Virus record (IMG/VR): IMGVR_UViG_3300044646_002851
Source of the DNA: an uncultured virus (IMG/VR IMGVR_UViG_3300044646_002851)
Taxonomy: Duplodnaviria > Heunggongvirae > Uroviricota > Caudoviricetes
Strand: one strand, 5' to 3'
DNA: 64,000 nt
The position numbers and the translations under genes were made by a program. The notes below the pieces were generated by a model. It worked only from the letters and a program-made list of their open reading frames with translations. It ran no database searches and was not told the DNA's origin. How positions within the stretch are numbered: the first letter of the stretch is position 1; every line of letters starts with the position of its first letter. This document shows, piece after piece, positions 57,879-64,000 of this stretch.

Positions 57879-58499
57879 ATGAAATTATTTATTGTAAATA
57901 GCAGCATTTGTTTGCTCAAAAAAATTATTGAAAAAGGGTTCATGAGAAAGGTTAATTTGTGTAAAATTAACAATGATAGATGTAAAGATATATCCCTTGG
58001 AACTAATAAGTTTATATATCACTTGGCAAATAATGATTATCTTATTGATGAGGATTTTGTTGGTGTTGCGGATGCTTCGTGGAATATGAAATTCAAAAAC
58101 ACATGTAAAATGCAATATTTAAATGCTGCGACATTCAATAATGATGTAATCTACAGTCCGTGCGTTAGCATGACATGGTATGATGATAGTATTGTGAAAA
58201 TGCCAGAAACAAAAGAATTGATGGATGATGTTTTAAATAGAAACTCATTTTCAAAAAAATATGAAACAAGTATATTTAGCAATAATTTTGTTTGTCATAA
58301 AGATATAATGAGAAAATACATTGTTTGGTTTGCTGATAATTTTGATTATTTTTTTGATAAGTATAAAAATACATTCATTGGAAAAATGAAAAACAAAAAC
58401 GGTTTCTTTTACGAAAGATTAACATCAATTTACTTTGCAAATCAAGACTATAAGGTTGAACCAATTTTAAGTTCAGAAAATTATTTCAAATTAATTTAA
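57879..58499 (+). CDS. Glycan-related protein (DUF4422-like)
   Basis: DFVG, NNFVCHK...Y..W, GFFYERL. Confidence 0.5.
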   Translation: MKLFIVNSSICLLKKIIEKGFMRKVNLCKINNDRCKDISLGTNKFIYHLANNDYLIDEDFVGVADASWNMKFKNTCKMQYLNAATFNNDVIYSPCVSMTWYDDSIVKMPETKELMDDVLNRNSFSKKYETSIFSNNFVCHKDIMRKYIVWFADNFDYFFDKYKNTFIGKMKNKNGFFYERLTSIYFANQDYKVEPILSSENYFKLI

Positions 58500-58951
58500 G
58501 ATTCAATTTTTTTTATCACTTTTCTTTGATTCTCTCTTTCCTGCATGTAATAAGATATGCCCTTGCGTATTTGTTCTTCTTTATCTGCAGAAACACTACC
58601 AAATTTTATATGATCGCTAATTCTAATGAATTTAGCCATAATATCATTATCATATCCAAACAAACTTAATTCTCTAATTCTTGAATTAACTTCACAAACA
58701 ATTTTATTTTCGATTTCTTGATCTGTCATTTTTGCCAAACTAAGATCAACAAGTGCTGGAACTCTTCTAATTTTTTCCCACAGCCATATGGGAATTACCA
58801 AGGTGTGTCCATCCCCTTCGCTTTTTTCTACCTCAATTTCAGACAAATCAAGGTAGATGTTCTTATCATCAAAGCATTGATGGTAAATTTTATAGGACTC
58901 GCCAGAAAGCAATATTTTCTTTGTTCCCATGAAAATAAAAGAGATAACCAA
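58496..58951 (-). CDS. Hypothetical protein
   Basis: 151-aa ORF; start may be M8. Confidence 0.55.
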   Translation of the reverse strand: MVISFIFMGTKKILLSGESYKIYHQCFDDKNIYLDLSEIEVEKSEGDGHTLVIPIWLWEKIRRVPALVDLSLAKMTDQEIENKIVCEVNSRIRELSLFGYDNDIMAKFIRISDHIKFGSVSADKEEQIRKGISYYMQERENQRKVIKKIES

Positions 58952-59011
58952 TAAGATATTGCTTGATAAAAATTTGAATATTTTTTTTTACAATCTTATG
59001 ATTATATTAAG

Positions 59012-59356
59012 ATGGGGAAAAAAATAACAAATTGGTTGAAAGAATACAAATCTACACTTTCTTGTGTATATTGCGGAATAAGCCATCCAGCACTAATTGA
59101 CTTTCATCATAACGATCCAGAACTTAAAAAAAACAACATATCATCACTAAAATCTAAAGACGAAATTATGAAAGAGATAAAAAATTGCACAACTGTGTGT
59201 GCTAATTGTCATAGAAAATTACATTCCGGGGTTATTTTATGCCTTACAAAGATCCAGAAAAAAGAAAAGAGTATTCCAAAAAATATAACAAATTATGGTA
59301 TCAAAACAACAGACCAAAAAGATTGGAACAAATCAGGAAAAGAAAAAAAAATATAA
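59012..59356 (+). CDS. HNH-like Zn-binding nuclease
   Basis: CVYCG..HPALIDFHH...EIKNCTTVCANCHR. Confidence 0.8.
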   Translation: MGKKITNWLKEYKSTLSCVYCGISHPALIDFHHNDPELKKNNISSLKSKDEIMKEIKNCTTVCANCHRKLHSGVILCLTKIQKKEKSIPKNITNYGIKTTDQKDWNKSGKEKKI

Positions 59357-59568
59357 GAAAACAATTAAATGAATATAAAATAGAAAATAAATGTTTCAAA
59401 TGCAAAGAAGATCATCCAGCAGCTTTAGATTTTCATCATATTGAAGATAAGAATTTTTTGGTAAGCAAAATGATAGGTGATGGATATAGCATAAATTCTA
59501 TTATGAATGAGGTAAAAAAATGCATGCTGCTCTGTGCTAATTGCCATAGATTAGAACACTACAGATAA
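59239..59568 (+). CDS. HNH-like Zn-binding nuclease (paralogue)
   Basis: MPYKDPEKRKEY...CFKC..HPAALDFHH...EVKKCMLLCANCHR. Confidence 0.85.
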   Translation: MPYKDPEKRKEYSKKYNKLWYQNNRPKRLEQIRKRKKNIRKQLNEYKIENKCFKCKEDHPAALDFHHIEDKNFLVSKMIGDGYSINSIMNEVKKCMLLCANCHRLEHYR

Positions 59569-59592
59569 ACACAAAGCAGCAGCATATGATTT

Positions 59593-60342
59593 TTAACTAG
59601 CGATTTCGGCAAAAATATCATTCAAATCTTTAATGCTTTTGCTCTTAGCATTGAAAAATCCTGTAGATTTTTCCTTGTTTACAAGTTTAAACAATTTAAA
59701 GAATGCTATGCATTTGGTTGCATGATGCATTTTAATCTTTGGCAAAGTAACATCACGATAAGATCCAGATTTGCCATATTTCTTAACAGATCTAAAACAA
59801 GAAACCAATGGCTCTATCTGAAAGTAATCCAAGCTTTTAACAAAATCAAACATATCCCGCACAACATCTAATCCTATGTAATTGTTGTGGTACTTTGTAG
59901 CAAGTACAAGAAATTCTCCAGAAACAAAAAATCCATTCTTAGATGACTTGGAAGGTTTGATAGATTTTTTCTTAGGATCATTATTCTTGATGGGCTTTTG
60001 AGTGTCATCAAATTCACTCTTCCAAACTTTAATCTTATCTTTAAGACCATCAACAATGTGCTGACATTCTTTTCGAAGAACATCATCAAAACTAATAATT
60101 GTTTTGTTTTTGGCGATAGCCATATCAATGTCACTACATTCCATTAATGTGGTGATAGCATGATTTACCATCGACTTTCTATTGTTTTCGAAACAATCAA
60201 TAATGTTTTTTTCTATAGTAGAAGCGACATCATCAATAGCTTGCATACAAATAATTATTTCCGAGACAACAGCCTTTTCATTGTCGGCATTAACATTGTC
60301 AATTGCAGATTCATCAATAGATGAATTTAATACATCAGCCAT
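59593..60342 (-). CDS. Hypothetical protein
   Basis: 249-aa ORF with TAAGGAG SD. Confidence 0.65.
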   Translation of the reverse strand: MADVLNSSIDESAIDNVNADNEKAVVSEIIICMQAIDDVASTIEKNIIDCFENNRKSMVNHAITTLMECSDIDMAIAKNKTIISFDDVLRKECQHIVDGLKDKIKVWKSEFDDTQKPIKNNDPKKKSIKPSKSSKNGFFVSGEFLVLATKYHNNYIGLDVVRDMFDFVKSLDYFQIEPLVSCFRSVKKYGKSGSYRDVTLPKIKMHHATKCIAFFKLFKLVNKEKSTGFFNAKSKSIKDLNDIFAEIAS

Positions 60343-60366
60343 GAAAACTACTCCTTAAGAAAAATT

Positions 60367-60393
60367 GACCAGTCGCCAACATAACGACTGGTC
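60367..60393 (-). terminator. Hairpin, probable intrinsic terminator or mRNA stability element
   Basis: GACCAGTCG-N9-CGACTGGTC perfect 9-bp stem followed by AATTTTT on the minus strand, just after the 60405 stop. Confidence 0.6.
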
Positions 60394-60404
60394 GAGAACC
60401 AAAA

Positions 60405-61295
60405 TCAGTTAAAAGCACTCGTGCCAAGAATGTCAGCAGCAGCACTAATCTTTCGATTGCTTTGCTCAACAGGATTGTCATTGATGGCAAATTTAGCGTA
60501 GCTTGGATAAGATACTGGAATTAACAAACTAAATATGCCGAGCAATTCATCGGAAGATCGTGCGTAATTACAAACCCTTTCAAGAAATCCAGTCCTAACT
60601 GTAACGCCACTATCACGCTGAATCATGGCTATTTTTTCATCGTCAGTTAAGGGTTCAAATGTTCCAGCAATTTTTGCAGATAGAAATGCTGCGAGTTTTC
60701 GACCCGCACTTTTTTCAACATCTGTCGCCAAAACAAATTCACGATTAGATCCAAAATGACCATTCAAAAGATCGCCAATTGGTCGGACACCAATGACAGG
60801 GTTCAACATTAGCTCGTTATGAACCAATTTTTCAGAATCGCTAGAATGCAAGCCAACATCACAAAAAGCTGCTATGTAAACAGATTTTGCATCTTGACCA
60901 TCAAGAACTTCTGGCAATCTAACCTTAAATTTATCGGTAAACAACCAAGAAGCGATATGATCTTCTTTGCCGTCCTTATCTATCGCCAATTGCGGGTTAG
61001 AAGGACGATTACGAGCCTCATAAAACTTAGCCACATATTCTTGCAAACAAATGTTATTTAGAGCATCTTTGCTCATCTCAAGTCTCTGAAGGACTGGTTC
61101 AGATAAAGTTTTAGCTTCAACCCACTGTCTAAAAATATCCTTACCATGTTCGTTAAAATCAATTCGCCACTTTTGAGCCTTGCCTTTAGCCACTGGTGCT
61201 ATTGCAGGGAGTGATGCGACCAAAGAGTCTAAAATACTTGTTACGCTTTGCACTACTGTGTTAGAGGCTTCTGCGGATTTGGATTTCTTTGCCAT
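60405..61295 (-). CDS. Hypothetical protein
   Basis: 296-aa ORF, AAAGGA SD, somewhat higher GC. Confidence 0.7.
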   Translation of the reverse strand: MAKKSKSAEASNTVVQSVTSILDSLVASLPAIAPVAKGKAQKWRIDFNEHGKDIFRQWVEAKTLSEPVLQRLEMSKDALNNICLQEYVAKFYEARNRPSNPQLAIDKDGKEDHIASWLFTDKFKVRLPEVLDGQDAKSVYIAAFCDVGLHSSDSEKLVHNELMLNPVIGVRPIGDLLNGHFGSNREFVLATDVEKSAGRKLAAFLSAKIAGTFEPLTDDEKIAMIQRDSGVTVRTGFLERVCNYARSSDELLGIFSLLIPVSYPSYAKFAINDNPVEQSNRKISAAADILGTSAFN

Positions 61296-61430
61296 GATAC
61301 ATAGTTCCTTTCGAGCAAAATCATTTTTTACAACAAGCCCATTGCTGTTGTTGAAATAAGCTTATTGCAAAAAAGAAAACTGTAAAGTAATTTTTAAAAA
61401 ATACATAAAAACGACATAAGTCTTTATGAA

Positions 61431-62303
61431 TCAATGATTTGAGATTAAAATTGTCTGTTCGCCCATTAAAATATAACTTTGAAGAAATGAAGCGTGTGGC
61501 AAATCAAGATCATTTAACACTTTAATTAATTCATTACCTTCTTCAATTTGTCTTTTTAAAATATCATAATTTTTTTTGTCTAAAAGCAACTTTATCATAT
61601 CAACACAATCATAATATTTTAAAATTACAGATTCACTCATTGATTTTGGATCAAGATAAAAATATTTCAAAATTTTTTCTACAAAATCGTTGTAATGCAA
61701 TTGACCATTGGTGTGATGCATCCATCCAGCACACATTAAATTTATCTTATCATTATAATTGAGATTTGGATCATATGCCATTTCTTGTGTTGTAGACATC
61801 AAATGAGATTTGACGGTAATATCATCAAACAAAAAATCATTTTTATGAAAAGCCAAAGAATTATATTTAGCGTAATGAATGTCTTTGTGTAAAAACAATT
61901 CAGAAACATAAACTGAACAATTTTTACAAGAAGCGTCACCATTAATTTTATCGCCATTATTCTTAAAAGTGTGCGAACAAGAAGAAACTATTTTATATTT
62001 ATTGAAAGCAGCTTTTTCCGCTTCTTCTAAATTTATACCATATCCTGTAATCCAAATTCTTTGTTTTTGCCATTTTTCAAAAATAAAAACATCTGGCATA
62101 CTTATGTTTTCTGGAATGGGATGAAAGATTGCAAAAAGATATTTGTAATCGACATCCTTTTTGGTCTTCATTTTTCCTTCTTTTATGTAAGAAATATCAC
62201 TAGTCGATATTTTCACAAAAGAATCTGACGACCAAGGATAAACGCAAGAATAAGTGCCACCATCATATTCAACATTAGACAACATATTCTTTACCATTGT
62301 CAT
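61431..62303 (-). CDS. Hypothetical protein
   Basis: 290 aa; CSH...CKNC; possible degenerate HD-like C-terminal half (AGWMHH). Confidence 0.55.
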   Translation of the reverse strand: MTMVKNMLSNVEYDGGTYSCVYPWSSDSFVKISTSDISYIKEGKMKTKKDVDYKYLFAIFHPIPENISMPDVFIFEKWQKQRIWITGYGINLEEAEKAAFNKYKIVSSCSHTFKNNGDKINGDASCKNCSVYVSELFLHKDIHYAKYNSLAFHKNDFLFDDITVKSHLMSTTQEMAYDPNLNYNDKINLMCAGWMHHTNGQLHYNDFVEKILKYFYLDPKSMSESVILKYYDCVDMIKLLLDKKNYDILKRQIEEGNELIKVLNDLDLPHASFLQSYILMGEQTILISNH

Positions 62304-63234
62304 TAATTGTTTCCCTCATATAAAACAAAAACTTTTCTTTCAATTGTCTAACTCTCTCTTTGGTAATTCCAAGCCTTCCGCTTATTTCTTCTAAATTTTT
62401 CCTTTTCCTTCCATTTAAGCCGTAATATTCTTCGACAATTTTAATTTGTCTTCTTACATCTTTATGCTGAAATCTAAATTTGACTAAACGAATAATCTTA
62501 TTGATATAAAGTGCATTTTCTTTTTGATGTAATTCTAATTCAAAATCTTCATTAGAAGCAGCAGCATCTTCGCAAATTTCATCAGATGTAAAATAATTTT
62601 CTATTGTATAAACCACTGGTTCTGCTTTCATTTTTCTTAGCTTAATTCCACGAAAAAAATTGTTTTTTATAACCCAAATACAATATGTTGAAAATTTATT
62701 TCCAAGTGTATAATTGAAATAATCTACACTTTTTATCACATCAAGAAAAGCATCAGATAATGAAAATTCAGAATTACATTCATGTGCTTTATTGTATGTG
62801 TTTGTGTTTCTTTTGAAATCATTCGTCAAAATATAAGATGCTAATCGAAAATTAGAATTAGCTATTTGATTTCGAATATTCAAATAGTTTTGTAGCATTC
62901 TTTCAATTTCTCGCACTATTTTTATAGTTGGCTTTTGCTCACTAATAAAATCAATTAGCTTCTTGCATTGATATTTGTAATAATTCATTTTTTTAAAAAG
63001 ATGATATTCTTGCTCTTTGGTAAGCAATGGCTCTTCATAGAAAGGTCGCATTTCTATAGTTTTGTTTTCTTTTCTTAAATTATCTGACTTGATTTTTTCT
63101 TTTTCAAAAATATCTTTATTTGGGATTTCTCCCAATATGTGATCTATTTTTTCTTTATTGTCAAAGTCTGGATGGTAAAAAACCTTTATATTCAAATTAA
63201 GCAACGATTCTACTCTTTTTGAAATCTTTCCCAT
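62275..63234 (-). CDS. Sigma-70 family RNA polymerase sigma factor
   Basis: PLLTKEQEYHLFKKMNY (region 1.2), NFRLA, SVDYFNYTLGNKFSTYCIWVI (region 2), LEEISGRLGITKERVRQL (region 4.2). Confidence 0.9.
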   Translation of the reverse strand: MGKISKRVESLLNLNIKVFYHPDFDNKEKIDHILGEIPNKDIFEKEKIKSDNLRKENKTIEMRPFYEEPLLTKEQEYHLFKKMNYYKYQCKKLIDFISEQKPTIKIVREIERMLQNYLNIRNQIANSNFRLASYILTNDFKRNTNTYNKAHECNSEFSLSDAFLDVIKSVDYFNYTLGNKFSTYCIWVIKNNFFRGIKLRKMKAEPVVYTIENYFTSDEICEDAAASNEDFELELHQKENALYINKIIRLVKFRFQHKDVRRQIKIVEEYYGLNGRKRKNLEEISGRLGITKERVRQLKEKFLFYMRETINDNGKEYVV

Positions 63235-63268
63235 AACTTTATATTCCCTTTATAAAAAAGTCATAGGT

Positions 63269-63299
63269 ATAGTTTATTTTATAAAATAAACTATTGCAA
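63269..63299 (-). promoter_or_regulatory. Sigma70-type promoter with an embedded perfect 26-bp palindrome
   Basis: Minus strand TTGCAA-N17-TAAACT; ATAGTTTATTTTA|TAAAATAAACTAT at 63269-63294. Confidence 0.6.
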
Positions 63300-63306
63300 G
63301 AAGATT

Positions 63307-63678
63307 TTACTCATATAAATCTTTTCCATCCAATTTATTTATTATTTTTTTACGAACTAGATCTGTTGCTGTTTCTAAAATTTTTATAGATAAGGCTGGT
63401 GGGATATGAAAGCAATCTACAAATATGCCTTTATTAGTTGCTTTTACCAGTATGACAGAATTGAGTTCTCTATTATTTATCTCATGGACTATTTGATCCA
63501 TTGTCGCTAATTCAAGATATTCTTTAAGATTTTTAGATTTGTCTGATTTTAATGTCTGTATTTCAATCACTAATTTTGAAATACAGAGATATGAGATTGA
63601 TATCAATAAAAGGAAAAGACATATAGTTAAAAAAAATATCGCATTCACATTCACCTCGATGACCAAAAAACCCCGCAT
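63307..63678 (-). CDS. Single-TM membrane protein
   Basis: Hydrophobic N-terminal helix; true start may be a few codons downstream. Confidence 0.6.
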   Translation of the reverse strand: MRGFLVIEVNVNAIFFLTICLFLLLISISYLCISKLVIEIQTLKSDKSKNLKEYLELATMDQIVHEINNRELNSVILVKATNKGIFVDCFHIPPALSIKILETATDLVRKKIINKLDGKDLYE

Positions 63679-64000
63679 TCCTTGTACTTTGATATGTCTC
63701 GCAAATAAATATAAGCTTCTGCCGTTTTGCGATGTAAAACTTGGAATGTTTTATTATGTACTGGTAGCTGGAACAAATTTATTTCTTCTAAATTAATTAA
63801 TTCCCTAGAATACATTTCATGTGCCACACCCTCAATTTTATCTAATTTATCTATGCATTCATCGTTTACTTCATATAGTTCTCCATAAATTTTTCTTCCT
63901 GATGCAATTTCGGGCTTGGCGTGTATTAATCCCGGAAAACCAGATAGATCAAATAATGCATAATTATCGGTAGTTCTAGCCACACCAATATATCTTTGGT
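63651..64000 (-). CDS. Gamma-glutamylcyclotransferase (AIG2-like), partial
   Basis: FPGL, IYGELYEV...LDKIEG...Y.R; frame open to the right edge (QRYIGVART...). Confidence 0.8.
   Translation of the reverse strand, partial: QRYIGVARTTDNYALFDLSGFPGLIHAKPEIASGRKIYGELYEVNDECIDKLDKIEGVAHEMYSRELINLEEINLFQLPVHNKTFQVLHRKTAEAYIYLRDISKYKECGVFWSSR

Noticed and set aside
1..64000. Stop-codon reassignment
   Set aside because: Code 11 gives dense, full-length, abutting ORFs, and TAA, TAG and TGA all end recognisable genes
1..64000. Eukaryotic giant virus or cellular chromosome
   Set aside because: Sigma-70 factors, SD sites and overlapping operons argue for a bacterial system. The lack of housekeeping operons and many phage-type ORFs argue against a chromosome, though no hallmark structural gene is present to prove it.

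Overview
AT-rich (roughly 30% GC by eye), gene-dense window with about 85 ORFs and frequent strand switches. It has no ribosomal or core cellular genes and no recognisable capsid, terminase or polymerase genes. It is best read as an accessory region of a large (jumbo/huge) T4-like tailed phage. A Planctomycetota host is suggested, by inference only, from the style of one sigma-70 factor and several accessory proteins. Contents: two sigma-70-like factors, an SNF2 helicase, a CCA-adding enzyme and a stand-alone HD hydrolase, an ArdC-like protein, MYG1, IscA, two DNA methyltransferases, four HNH proteins, and about 20 glycan-related enzymes including a DegT/WbqC/acetyltransferase/dioxygenase cluster. 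Main findings: (1) About ten unrelated proteins share an N-terminal tag resembling the T4 internal-protein capsid-targeting sequence, suggesting a packaged and injected enzyme cargo that includes a split CCA+HD tRNA-repair pair. (2) A 76-nt tRNA-Gly-like gene keeps the GlyRS identity elements but has lost ribosome/EF-Tu features, and it lies near a WbqC putative glycyltransferase cluster. (3) A PlcP-Agt-like lipid-remodelling pair is present. (4) A TAnATA-N4-7-ATG motif suggests leaderless late mRNAs. All functional calls come from reading motifs by eye; no database searches were run.
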